A stretch of DNA of 64,000 bases from Hyphomicrobiales bacterium (GCA_046092445.1 JBJTDR010000101.1:1726-65725), one strand, 5' to 3'. Shown: positions 28,963 to 38,824, counted from the stretch's first letter. Notes: generated by a model from the letters alone, not told the origin. Numbers and translations: made by a program.

Positions 28963-30114
28963 ATGGAACAGCTTTCCACCCTCGCAATCATTGTCCTCAC
29001 ATTGAAGCAGCTCTGGCCGGTCTGGGCGTGCCTCTTTCTGTTGCTTGCCGCCAGCTTCGCCTTTCGGTGGCACCTCGGCCTCTATGGCCAATTGTTCAAC
29101 TCGGCGGTCGGCATTGCCGGCGTCACCTTGATCGCATTCTGGTTTTTCACGGCTCTGCTTGCAGGCATCATTGCACCGTTCGATCCCTTGCAACAATTCG
29201 TCGCTCTGAAGCACGCGCCTCCCGGCGCAGTTGAAAGCGCGTCCGGTTTTCCGTTCCTGTTCGGCGGGGATAAACTCGCGCGCGATGTTTTCAGTCGCAT
29301 GGTTCACGGCAGCCGCATTGTTCTCATCGTGGCTCCCCTCGCAACGGCGCTCGCCCTCGCCGTCGGGATCGCGCTCGGCCTGCCCGCAGGGTATCTTGGT
29401 GGCAGGATCGACAAGGTCTTCTCGTTCCTCGCCAATCTCGTCCTCGCCTTTCCCCTCATCCTGTTGTTTTATCTGCTGGTCTCGCCCGGCATTCTCGACA
29501 CACCGATCCCTTATGTCATGGCGGCCGTGTTGTTGCTGTTTCCCATCGGTCTGCTCATTGCCCTGTTCTATTCGGGCTTCCGCGGCCGCCCGGCGCTATG
29601 TTCGGGTCTCATTGCAATGACGTTGATTGCCGGCCTGTGGCTCTTTGCAACCTTTGTCTTTGATGCCGATCCGTTGGGGGTCATGCAAGTGAGCCCCAGC
29701 ACCCTCAATATTTTCGTGGCAGTTGCCTTTGCCTCCAGTCCCAGTGTTTTCCGCATCGTCCGTGGGCTTGCCATGGATATCAAGACGCGCGAATATGTCG
29801 CGGCAGCGCAAACGCGCGGCGAGTCCGCATGGTACATCATGCTATGGGAAATCCTGCCGAACGCACGCGGCCCGCTGATCGTCGATGCGTGCCTGCGCAT
29901 CGGTTACACAACCATCTTTCTCGGCGCTTTGGGCTATTTCGGCCTCGGCATGCCGCCCGAGAGTCCCGATTGGGGAACCGCAATCAAGGACGCAAGCCGT
30001 CTGTTGCGTGTTGCCGTTCATCCGGTCATCCCGCCAGCACTTGGCCTCATGTCCTTCGTTCTGGGTCTTAATCTTCTCGCTGACTCCCTGCGCGAACAAT
30101 CTCTGAAGGATTGA
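28963..30114 (+). CDS. ABC transporter permease, DppC-like
   Basis: ORF 28768..30114 trimmed to the ATG at 28963 (MEQLSTLAII...). Contains the DppC-like loop YVAAAQTRGES. Confidence 0.85.
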   Translation: MEQLSTLAIIVLTLKQLWPVWACLFLLLAASFAFRWHLGLYGQLFNSAVGIAGVTLIAFWFFTALLAGIIAPFDPLQQFVALKHAPPGAVESASGFPFLFGGDKLARDVFSRMVHGSRIVLIVAPLATALALAVGIALGLPAGYLGGRIDKVFSFLANLVLAFPLILLFYLLVSPGILDTPIPYVMAAVLLLFPIGLLIALFYSGFRGRPALCSGLIAMTLIAGLWLFATFVFDADPLGVMQVSPSTLNIFVAVAFASSPSVFRIVRGLAMDIKTREYVAAAQTRGESAWYIMLWEILPNARGPLIVDACLRIGYTTIFLGALGYFGLGMPPESPDWGTAIKDASRLLRVAVHPVIPPALGLMSFVLGLNLLADSLREQSLKD

Positions 30115-30125
30115 CGGGAACCCCC

Positions 30126-32189
30126 ATGACCACGCCCATCCTCGAGATCGAAAATCTCCATATTTCCTTCTTCACACGACTGACCGAGATCCCGGCGGTC
30201 ATGGATTTTTCCATGAAGGTCATGCCCGGCGAGGCGATGGGTCTCGTGGGCGAGTCCGGTTGCGGCAAATCGACAGTGGCGCTGGCCATCATGCGGGATC
30301 TCCCCGGTATTGGGCGGATCACCAAAGGCACTATCCGCTTCAAGGGCCGGGATATGGCCACGATGAGCGACGCGGAACTGCGCCGCATCCGCGGCTCGCA
30401 GATCGCGATGGTTTATCAGGAACCGATGGCCAGCCTCAATCCGGCAATGCGCGTCGGTCATCAGCTGATGGAAGTGCCGGTCCTGCACGAAGGATCAACC
30501 CGACAGGAAGCAGCGCAGCGCGCGATTGAGATGCTGAAAGCCGTCCGATTGCCCGATCCCGAACGCATCATGCGCTGCTACCCGCATCAGCTCTCTGGCG
30601 GCCAACAACAGCGCATCGTCGTTGCCATGGCACTCTTGGCCAAGCCCGCTTTGCTTTTGTTGGACGAACCCACCACAGCCCTCGATGTCACGGTCGAAGC
30701 GGGCATCATTGAACTCGTCAAGGATCTCGGTCAGCGCTTCGGAACCTCGATCCTTTTCATCTCCCACAATCTCGGTCTGATCCGCGAAACATGTAACCGG
30801 ATCACGGTCATGTATTCGGGTGAAGCGATCGAGACAGGTGGGGTGGATGATGTCTTCGGCGCGATGCGGCACCCCTACACGCAGGGCTTGTTCCGCTCCA
30901 TCGCCTTGCCAAGTGCCGACAAGAACAGCCGCCCGCTGAAAGCGATACCGGGCCAGCTGCCCCTGCCGCACCAAAGGCCGAGAGGCTGCAATTTCGGCCC
31001 AAGGTGTGATTACTTCACCTCAGGCACCTGCGATGTTGACCGCGTTCCGATGAGCCCGGCGGATGTCGGTGACGGGCATGAAAGCCGGTGCCTACGCCTG
31101 GCGCAGATCGATTGGTCTGGGAGTGCCGGACTTGCAAAGCCGCGTGATGTGCTCGTACAAGGTGAAACTGTTCTTGAGATTTCCCATTTGCAGAAGCATT
31201 ATGCCGTCAAGTCCGGCGGCGTTTTTGGCGGTGTTCCGCGCACCGTGAAAGCCAATGAGGATATCAGCCTGTCGGCGCAGGAACGTGAAATTGTCGCCAT
31301 TGTTGGCGAGTCAGGGTGCGGCAAATCTACCCTCGCAAAGGTGCTTTTGGGGCTCGAATCCGCAACGTCGGGCAAAGTGTTGCTCGACGGCGTCGAAATC
31401 CAGCAACTCCCTGCCAGCGAACGGTCATCAAAGACAATATCCTCCATTCAGATGGTGTTTCAAAATCCCTTCGATACGCTAAATCCGAGCCAATCCGTCG
31501 GCACCCAGATCATCCGCACGCTGGAGAAATTCGGCATCGGGAAGAATGAAGACGAGCGTCGCGCCCGCATGCTCGAACTCCTCGATCTCGTCAAACTTCC
31601 ACGCGAATTTGCTTCGCGTATGCCGAGACAACTTTCCGGTGGCCAGAAGCAGCGCATCGGCGTAGCCCGCGCATTCGCAGGTGGTCCCAAAGTTGTCATT
31701 GCCGACGAACCCATGTCGGCACTTGACGTGTCGGTTCAGGCGGCCGTCACCGAACTGCTGATGGATATTCAACGCCAATCCCGAACCACAATGCTCTTCA
31801 TCAGCCACGATCTCGCGCTGGTGCGATATCTCGCCGACCGAGTCGTCGTCATGTATCTTGGCCACATCGTGGAACAAGGCACAACCGAGCAGGTCTTCGC
31901 GCCGCCCTACCATCCTTATACCGAAGCGCTCTTGTCGGCGATCCCGCTTGCCGATGCGACATATACCAAACGCAGGATCATTCTCGAGGGCGAAATTCCA
32001 TCCGCCACCAACCCGCCACCCGGCTGTCCGTTCCAGTCACGCTGCCAGCACAGGTCAAAGGTCGAGGCGGGACGATGCGAAACAACCCTGCCGCCATTGC
32101 GCACGATCGAAGAAGGCCACGCTATTCGCTGCCATCTGTCTGACGATATTCTCTTGGCCATGAAGCCGGTCATGAGCCGGAAGACCTAG
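30126..32189 (+). CDS. fused tandem ABC ATPase (DppD-DppF type)
   Basis: Two complete cassettes: GESGCGKST/LSGGQQQR/LLLDEPTTALD and GESGCGKST/LSGGQKQR/VIADEPMSALD. Each is followed by an oligopeptide-type C-terminal region. Confidence 0.9.
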   Translation: MTTPILEIENLHISFFTRLTEIPAVMDFSMKVMPGEAMGLVGESGCGKSTVALAIMRDLPGIGRITKGTIRFKGRDMATMSDAELRRIRGSQIAMVYQEPMASLNPAMRVGHQLMEVPVLHEGSTRQEAAQRAIEMLKAVRLPDPERIMRCYPHQLSGGQQQRIVVAMALLAKPALLLLDEPTTALDVTVEAGIIELVKDLGQRFGTSILFISHNLGLIRETCNRITVMYSGEAIETGGVDDVFGAMRHPYTQGLFRSIALPSADKNSRPLKAIPGQLPLPHQRPRGCNFGPRCDYFTSGTCDVDRVPMSPADVGDGHESRCLRLAQIDWSGSAGLAKPRDVLVQGETVLEISHLQKHYAVKSGGVFGGVPRTVKANEDISLSAQEREIVAIVGESGCGKSTLAKVLLGLESATSGKVLLDGVEIQQLPASERSSKTISSIQMVFQNPFDTLNPSQSVGTQIIRTLEKFGIGKNEDERRARMLELLDLVKLPREFASRMPRQLSGGQKQRIGVARAFAGGPKVVIADEPMSALDVSVQAAVTELLMDIQRQSRTTMLFISHDLALVRYLADRVVVMYLGHIVEQGTTEQVFAPPYHPYTEALLSAIPLADATYTKRRIILEGEIPSATNPPPGCPFQSRCQHRSKVEAGRCETTLPPLRTIEEGHAIRCHLSDDILLAMKPVMSRKT

Positions 32190-32626
32190 ACGGCGCATCC
32201 GGAGTTGATCCATGGTTGGGCCGCTCTTCACACGAACGTCTTTCGATCGTCGCTGTCCGAAGAGCCATGCTTCCTGAAGTCCTCCGTCGACACAATTGAT
32301 CGGTATTGTACCTCCGACTGACGCCCGAACGCCAACGTTCCGTACGAGCTTGGTAATTTTCCGCTCTATCGGGCGGTTATTTCCATTTTCCAGCATCGGA
32401 AATTTCCAGTTCTGTTCCGTGTGCACTGGTCATATTTTCCCCAACAAAAGGCTCATTTCAGAAGGGTCGATGCCTTTGCCCGGGCCTTGTTCGCGGCACT
32501 GGATTCAGCGGTCGACACCGGTAGATGTAAAGCGCGCGGCTATTTTTCAGCCTGAAGATGCATCATCGCTCTGGTTTTCAGGATGTGCTTGAATTAATCA
32601 TCTTCCGATCGTTGGAGAGCCCCCTC

Positions 32627-34543
32627 ATGTCACCCGTCAAGACCCTTGATCTCGTCGCCATCGGCCGCTCCTCAGTCGATTTCTACGGCCAACAGGTCGG
32701 CGGCAGGCTCGAGGACATGGCGACTTTCTCCAAGGCCGTTGGCGGCTCACCAACTAATATCGCCATCGGCACCGCCCGCCTTGGTCTCAAAAGCGGTCTG
32801 ATTACCCGCGTCGGCGACGAGCACATGGGCCGCTTCATCCGCGAGCAGTTGGAGCGCGAAGGCGTTGATATACAAGGTGTTCACACCGATAAGGAGCGGC
32901 TGACGGCGCTCGTTGTTTTGGGCATTCGCGATGACAAACAGTTTCCGCTGATTTTCTACCGCGCTGATTGTGCCGATAATGCCTTGGACCAGAGCGATAT
33001 TGACGAGGCCTATATTGCTTCCTCGCGCTCCGTCGTTGTTACAGGCACGCATTTCGCCAAGGCCAACACGGCGGCAGCACAAAAGCTCGCCATGGCATAC
33101 GCCAAAAAGCACGGTGGCAAGATTGCGATTGATATCGACTACCGCCCGAATCTTTGGGGTCTTGCTGGCCATGGCGCAGGTGAGGAGCGCTACATCAAAT
33201 CTGGCGATGTAACGGCGCATTTGCAGCCCATTCTGACCGATTGTGACCTCATTGTTGGCACCGAAGAAGAGATTATGATCGCGGGCGGCGAGGATACGCC
33301 GCTTGAGGCGCTGAAAGCGGTCCGTAGCCTCTCGGCGGGCACAATTGTGATGAAGCGCGGTCCGATGGGATGTATCGTTTTTCCGGGTACCATTCCGGAC
33401 GATATCGAAGAGGGCATCAAAGGCCCTGGCTTTCGGGTCGAAGTCTATAATGTGCTGGGCGCTGGCGATGCGTTTATGTCAGGATTTTTGAGAGGTTGGC
33501 TGCGCGACGAGCCAATCTCCACGTGCTGCGCCTATGCCAATGCCGGGGGCGCCTTTGCTGTCTCAAGGCTACTTTGCTCGGCGGAGTACCCGACTTTTGA
33601 GGAAATGCAGTATTTCATCACGAACGGTGCAGCCTCCCGCGTGGTACGCCACGATGCGGCGTTAAACCATTTGCATTGGTCGACAACACGAGATTCGATG
33701 ACATCGTATCCCAAGTCCGATCACGTCTATGCTCTGGCAATTGATCATCGCTCGCAATTGGAAGATATAGCCGATAAAGCCGGTGCTTCGCGCGAGCGGA
33801 TCAAGGATTTCAAGCGGTTAGCTGTTGAAGCTGCCGCGCAGGTTGCCAAAGGTCGGGACGGCTTCGGGATGTTGCTCGATGGAACTTATGGCCGCGAGGC
33901 GTTGTTTCGCGCAGCGGACCATAATTTCTGGATAGCTCGCCCGGTTGAGTTGCCGGATTCGCGCCCCCTTGACTTCGAGGGAGGGGGTTCGCTCGCGGCC
34001 AAACTGATCGAATGGCCGGTCAATCATATCATCAAATGTCTGTGCTTCTATCATCCGGATGACACTCATGAGATGAAGTCTCGGCAAGAGCGTGAATTGC
34101 TCAGGCTTTACGATGCCGCCCGCTCGCTCGGGCGTGAATTGCTCGTTGAGATCATTTGCGGCAAGCATGGCCCGCTGAACGAGGATACGTCGGCAATAGT
34201 CATGCAGCGGCTTTACAGCCTCGGCATAAAGCCGGATTGGTGGAAGCTCGAGCCGCAAAAAACGGCCAGGGCCTGGGCCAATATTTTGACGGAAATCGAG
34301 GTCAATGATCCCTCTTGCCGGGGCATTGTGATGCTGGGACTAGATATGCCGGCGGATGAGTTTGCGGAGGCTTTTCGGATTGCGCGGGGTACAACTCGTG
34401 TAAAGGGCTTTGCGGTTGGCCGCACGATCTTTGCAGATTCGGCGCGCGATTGGATGGCAGGGAAGATTGATGATGCCACGGCAACACAGCGAATGGCCAA
34501 GCTATTTGCCAGCTTAGTCGAGGCATGGGAAAAGGCCGTTTGA
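32627..34543 (+). CDS. iolC: bifunctional 5-dehydro-2-deoxygluconokinase / DUF2090-type aldolase fusion
   Basis: N-terminal PfkB kinase (DLVAIGRSSVDFYG, GAGDAFMSGF) fused to a roughly 300-aa C-terminal domain, as in rhizobial IolC. GGAGAG lies 7 nt upstream of the ATG at 32627. Confidence 0.75.
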   Translation: MSPVKTLDLVAIGRSSVDFYGQQVGGRLEDMATFSKAVGGSPTNIAIGTARLGLKSGLITRVGDEHMGRFIREQLEREGVDIQGVHTDKERLTALVVLGIRDDKQFPLIFYRADCADNALDQSDIDEAYIASSRSVVVTGTHFAKANTAAAQKLAMAYAKKHGGKIAIDIDYRPNLWGLAGHGAGEERYIKSGDVTAHLQPILTDCDLIVGTEEEIMIAGGEDTPLEALKAVRSLSAGTIVMKRGPMGCIVFPGTIPDDIEEGIKGPGFRVEVYNVLGAGDAFMSGFLRGWLRDEPISTCCAYANAGGAFAVSRLLCSAEYPTFEEMQYFITNGAASRVVRHDAALNHLHWSTTRDSMTSYPKSDHVYALAIDHRSQLEDIADKAGASRERIKDFKRLAVEAAAQVAKGRDGFGMLLDGTYGREALFRAADHNFWIARPVELPDSRPLDFEGGGSLAAKLIEWPVNHIIKCLCFYHPDDTHEMKSRQERELLRLYDAARSLGRELLVEIICGKHGPLNEDTSAIVMQRLYSLGIKPDWWKLEPQKTARAWANILTEIEVNDPSCRGIVMLGLDMPADEFAEAFRIARGTTRVKGFAVGRTIFADSARDWMAGKIDDATATQRMAKLFASLVEAWEKAV

Positions 34544-34636
34544 ACGTTCAATATTGTTTCATATTAATATTGTTAGCGCTTACAAGGATTTTATTCTTTG
34601 AAAGCGCTATAAAGACCTATGAAAAATAAAAGATCC

Positions 34637-34678
34637 CTGTAATTTGGGTAGTAAATAAAATTACACTGTAATTGGGTA
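34637..34678 (+). promoter_or_regulatory. two copies of a ctgtaatt(t)gggta motif with an embedded palindrome AATTACA-c-TGTAATT
   Basis: Copies at 34637-34650 and 34666-34678; palindrome at 34659-34673. They lie about 200 nt upstream of the first gene of the AT-rich block. Related copies occur at 49366-49380 and, on the other strand, 54219-54229. Confidence 0.4.
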
Positions 34679-34870
34679 ATGCCAGTTACTCGATTGACTT
34701 GAATGCAACGCCAGCGTTAGCCTAATTCATGGAGTATATGTAAAGAAAAAATTAGAGCCATCATCTTGCAAGTCTTCCCGGTTTAACGAGGGTTGATTGA
34801 GAAACACTTCTGCTGAGCATCGATGAAAAATAATATGACAAATATGAATATTTAGGGAGAATTTTCGATA

Positions 34871-35659
34871 ATGACCAATCCGAGTCTTAAGGCCATGGCA
34901 AGCTCGAAATCACCAAAATTCGGTTCTTTTGTCGTTGAATTCGCCACTCCGGGCATTGGTCATATCCTGAGGGCGTCGGGATGTGATTTCGTTCTGTTCG
35001 ACATGGAGCACTCAGGCTTCAGCATTGAGACGGTCAAGCAAAGCATTCGCTATTTTGAAGCTGCAGACGTTCGGATGATCGTGCGCGTACCGTCGAAGGA
35101 TTATGATCATATTGCCCGCGTCTGTGATATGGGTGCCGAAGGCATCATGTTGCCGATGGTGAATACCGCAGAGGAAGCCCGTCGCATTCTTGACAGCATC
35201 AAATACGTTCCGGAAGGCAAACGTGGCGTTGCACTCGGCGTTGCTCACGACAATTACCGCAATGTGGGGACAGTTGCTGAGCGGTTAACCGCTGCAAATC
35301 GGCGCACGACCTTGTTCTGCCAGATCGAGACCGTGGACGGCGTTGAAAATGCGGAAGCCATGGCAGCCATGGATGGCGTGGATTGTCTATGGGTTGGTCA
35401 TTTTGATCTTTCGGCGTCGCTCGGAATTCCGGGAGATTTTGGCAACAAGATTTTTACCGATGCAATTGCGAAGGTCGCCGCTGCAACGAAAAAACATGGC
35501 AAGGCACTTGGACGTCTTGTGCCGAATGTCGAAACCGGCATTGAATACAACAGACTCGGGTTCAACTTTATCTGTTATTCGGGCGATGTCTGGATCCTAC
35601 AGGGCGCTTTGACGGATGCGGTTGGTAAACTCCGGGAAGGCTGCATTTCACAAACATAA
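34871..35659 (+). CDS. HpcH/HpaI-family 2-keto-3-deoxy-acid aldolase
   Basis: Family-typical segments (FVLFDMEHSG, MIVRVP, GIMLPMV, QIET, LWVGHFDLSASLG). Confidence 0.85.
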   Translation: MTNPSLKAMASSKSPKFGSFVVEFATPGIGHILRASGCDFVLFDMEHSGFSIETVKQSIRYFEAADVRMIVRVPSKDYDHIARVCDMGAEGIMLPMVNTAEEARRILDSIKYVPEGKRGVALGVAHDNYRNVGTVAERLTAANRRTTLFCQIETVDGVENAEAMAAMDGVDCLWVGHFDLSASLGIPGDFGNKIFTDAIAKVAAATKKHGKALGRLVPNVETGIEYNRLGFNFICYSGDVWILQGALTDAVGKLREGCISQT

Positions 35660-35668
35660 GGTTTCGTT

Positions 35669-36718
35669 ATGAGCGCTCTTTATAGGGTTGCACTTTCGGG
35701 TGATTTCAGAAAAGCGGATGGCTCGCCCACCTTTCCTGATTTTGATACGCGCCCGCTTTTTGATGCTCCGGGGGTCGAGGTTGTTTATCTCGATATAGCA
35801 AACCCGATCCGGGCCGATCAGGTTGCCGATATCGATGCTCTCATATTGCTGACACCAAATTTCAGAGCTGAAAGCATTCATCCGAATGGTAGATTAGGAG
35901 TCGTAGCGCGCTTCGGTGTCGGATACGACAATGTTGATGTTGATGCTTGCACGAAAGCTGGTATTGCGTTGGTGATTACACCAGATGGCGTTCGGCGTCC
36001 GGTCGCAGTCTCTATCCTCGCGTTCATTCTTGCGCTTACCGGCAAGCTCATGATTAAGGACAAGCTGACCCGAGAGGGCCCTTCTGGGTTCAACCGCCGC
36101 GGCGAACACATGGGTGTTGGCCTCGTTGGGAGGACATTAGGTTCTGTGGGCATCGGCAATATAGGTGCAGAGCTATTCCGATTAGCTAAACCGCTCGATA
36201 TGCGGTTCATCGCGCATGATCCGTTTGCTGACACAGCCATCGCCCAAGAGCTTGGTATAGAGCTTGTTGGGCTTGAGGACGTATTTCGGCAGGCTGATAT
36301 TCTGACGATAAACTGTCCGCTAACTCCCCAAACGAAGCATCTCGTAAATGCCGAGCGGCTCGGATTGATGAAGCAAACGGCCTATTTTATCAACACAGCG
36401 CGCGGTCCAATAGTCGATCAGAAGGCGCTGACGAAGGTGCTTCAAGAGCATCGAATTGCCGGTGCAGGACTTGATGTGTTTGAAGTTGAACCGCCTGAGG
36501 CAGATGAGCCGATTTTGAAGCTCGATAATGTGGTGGTTGCTCCGCACGCTTTATGCTGGACGGATCAGTGTTTCGCCGGAAACGGCGCAGCTGACGTGCG
36601 CGCTGTACTCGATGTCCAACGTGGGACAGCCCCGCGTGGAGTTGTTAATTTCGCGGTTTTGGAAGACTCGCGCTTCAAGGCGCGCTTGGAAGGTTTCGCC
36701 CATCAGTTTGGATCATAA
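35669..36718 (+). CDS. D-isomer-specific 2-hydroxyacid dehydrogenase
   Basis: GVGYDNVDV, the NAD fold GSVGIGNIGAE, NTARGPIVD, GAGLDVFEVEPP and the catalytic-His context APHA. Confidence 0.85.
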   Translation: MSALYRVALSGDFRKADGSPTFPDFDTRPLFDAPGVEVVYLDIANPIRADQVADIDALILLTPNFRAESIHPNGRLGVVARFGVGYDNVDVDACTKAGIALVITPDGVRRPVAVSILAFILALTGKLMIKDKLTREGPSGFNRRGEHMGVGLVGRTLGSVGIGNIGAELFRLAKPLDMRFIAHDPFADTAIAQELGIELVGLEDVFRQADILTINCPLTPQTKHLVNAERLGLMKQTAYFINTARGPIVDQKALTKVLQEHRIAGAGLDVFEVEPPEADEPILKLDNVVVAPHALCWTDQCFAGNGAADVRAVLDVQRGTAPRGVVNFAVLEDSRFKARLEGFAHQFGS

Positions 36719-36871
36719 ATGTACGATCGGGGTTGCGCTAATTCTGACAAGCTGGGCGATCCTATCGAGTGATCCATTCGAAGCATTAATGCTGTGCTCG
36801 TCGATCCTGAGAAATGCAATCGGCCAGTAGTTGCAAAGGATCGATTACAAGTCGATGTGAGGAAAACCATC

Positions 36872-38824
36872 ATGATCAAAACCCCATCCCGCTCGGTTTG
36901 CCTGTTTGGCACCGAAGAGCCGGTTGAAGCGCCAATAATCCTGAAAGCCGGCCCGTTGTCGGCGGAGTTTGAAGCGGGAAACTTACGCTATGTCCGGTTT
37001 CATGGTGTGGAAATGATCCGGGCAGTGTCTTACATTGTGCGTGATCGTGATTGGGGCACCTATAATCCGCAGATTAGCAATCTGAAAATTATAACGGGCT
37101 CTGATCATTTCCACGTCAGTTATGATGCCGATGCGGGCGACGCGACACAAAATATGCGCTATTCAACTGTCATCAATGGTGATTCGACGGGCGCGCTAAG
37201 GTTCGAGAGCAATGCCGATGTCGTCACGGATTTTGTTACGAACCGAACCGGCTTCGTGGTGCTGCATCCGATTGAAGGTGTCGCTGGTCATCATGCCATG
37301 ATAGAGCATGTTGATGGTCGGCACGTCGAAACCCTGTTTCCTAAATTAATCGATCCTATCCAGCCAATGATGGAGTTGCGCGCGATTACGCATCATTTTG
37401 GACAGGGTGCGAAAGTACGCTGTTTGATGGAGGGCGATACCTTCGAGATGGAAGACCAGCGGAATTGGACGGATGCTTCTTACAAAACCTACGTGCGCCC
37501 CCTCGCTCTTCCGTGGCCGTACATGCTCGCTAAAGGTACAAAATTTTCACAAGCGGTGTCCCTTAGCGTTGAAGGGCAGCCATCCCACGGGGGTGCGGGA
37601 ACCGACGGTAGTAACGCCATTGTGGTAAAGCCTGGAAAATTTAAGGCTCCTGCACTTGGCTTCGGTCTCGACCCGGATGACTGCGAAAGTTTATTGAACC
37701 ATATTGATATGGCGCGCTCGTTGGCGCCGCATCACCTCATCTGCCATTATGACCCTCAACGAGGCCATTCCGCTGAAACGCTGAAGCAGCAACTTGCCAT
37801 CGCGCGTGAGCTTCGCGCAGAGCCATGGTTGGAGGCTGTCGTTGCTCGTGTCGAGGGTTGGCAGGACGAAGTATCAGCACTTGGCTCGGTTGTTGGTGTG
37901 CTCGGCAATCCTTTTCCCGTGGTGATGTTGTCGCCCGCATCGGATCTAAAATGTACGTTGCCCGGAACGACATGGCCTCCCTGTCCTCGAGCCAAAGATC
38001 TTTTCAATCATGCGCGTGTGTGCTTTCCAAAAGCAAAACTTGCTGGTGGCATGTTCAGCTACTTTACCGAATTGAACCGCAAGCGCCCGCCAGTCGACGT
38101 CATGGATTTGGTTAGCTTTACAACATCTGCGCTTGTCCATGCAGGCGATGACCGCTCCGCAACCGAGAGTCTCGAAGCACTGCCGCATATAGCCCGCAGC
38201 ATTCATGCGATCGTGGGAGATACGCCCTATGCGGTAGGCCCTAGCGCGATTGGGATGCGTGATAATCCATATGGCGCGAAGACGATGGATAATCGTGAAA
38301 GTATTCGTCAAGCAATGAACCGGAATGATCCGCGCCAGCAGAGCCTGCTCGGTGCAGCTTGGAACGTCGGGTATTTTGCCCATTTTGCGCAAGGCGGTGC
38401 CCGTTCAATCGCTCTTGGCGGAATCACCGGACCTTTTGGTCTATTGTCAACGCCCCAAAATTGGAAACAGGCTTGGTTTGATCAGAATCGCGGTCTATAT
38501 CCTGCTTATCATGTAATGCGGGTTCTTTCATCCTTCGCTGATGCAAATTTGTGCGAAGTTTCCATTGGAACACCGCGCGATGTGCAAGTGATTGCGATTG
38601 AGCGGAACGGCAGCATCGAGGCGTTAGTTGCCAATCTCACCGGTACCCACCAAAAGATCGAATTAGCGGGCTTTGACGGTTCCTTAATGAGTGCAATGCT
38701 CGATGCATCAACTTTTGCCTTAGCTTCGCAAAACTTATCTTTTATGAGCGAAACAGGGAGCAAGCTGGCCGGGCGATCGATCATGCTTGATGCATACGCT
38801 GTTATGCATCTTAAATCCGCTTGA
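36872..38824 (+). CDS. conserved-looking protein of unknown function (650 aa)
   Basis: Long uninterrupted ORF with the local codon usage. GAGGA lies 8 nt upstream of the ATG at 36872. I saw no signal peptide, TM segment or motif that I recognise. Confidence 0.6.
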   Translation: MIKTPSRSVCLFGTEEPVEAPIILKAGPLSAEFEAGNLRYVRFHGVEMIRAVSYIVRDRDWGTYNPQISNLKIITGSDHFHVSYDADAGDATQNMRYSTVINGDSTGALRFESNADVVTDFVTNRTGFVVLHPIEGVAGHHAMIEHVDGRHVETLFPKLIDPIQPMMELRAITHHFGQGAKVRCLMEGDTFEMEDQRNWTDASYKTYVRPLALPWPYMLAKGTKFSQAVSLSVEGQPSHGGAGTDGSNAIVVKPGKFKAPALGFGLDPDDCESLLNHIDMARSLAPHHLICHYDPQRGHSAETLKQQLAIARELRAEPWLEAVVARVEGWQDEVSALGSVVGVLGNPFPVVMLSPASDLKCTLPGTTWPPCPRAKDLFNHARVCFPKAKLAGGMFSYFTELNRKRPPVDVMDLVSFTTSALVHAGDDRSATESLEALPHIARSIHAIVGDTPYAVGPSAIGMRDNPYGAKTMDNRESIRQAMNRNDPRQQSLLGAAWNVGYFAHFAQGGARSIALGGITGPFGLLSTPQNWKQAWFDQNRGLYPAYHVMRVLSSFADANLCEVSIGTPRDVQVIAIERNGSIEALVANLTGTHQKIELAGFDGSLMSAMLDASTFALASQNLSFMSETGSKLAGRSIMLDAYAVMHLKSA

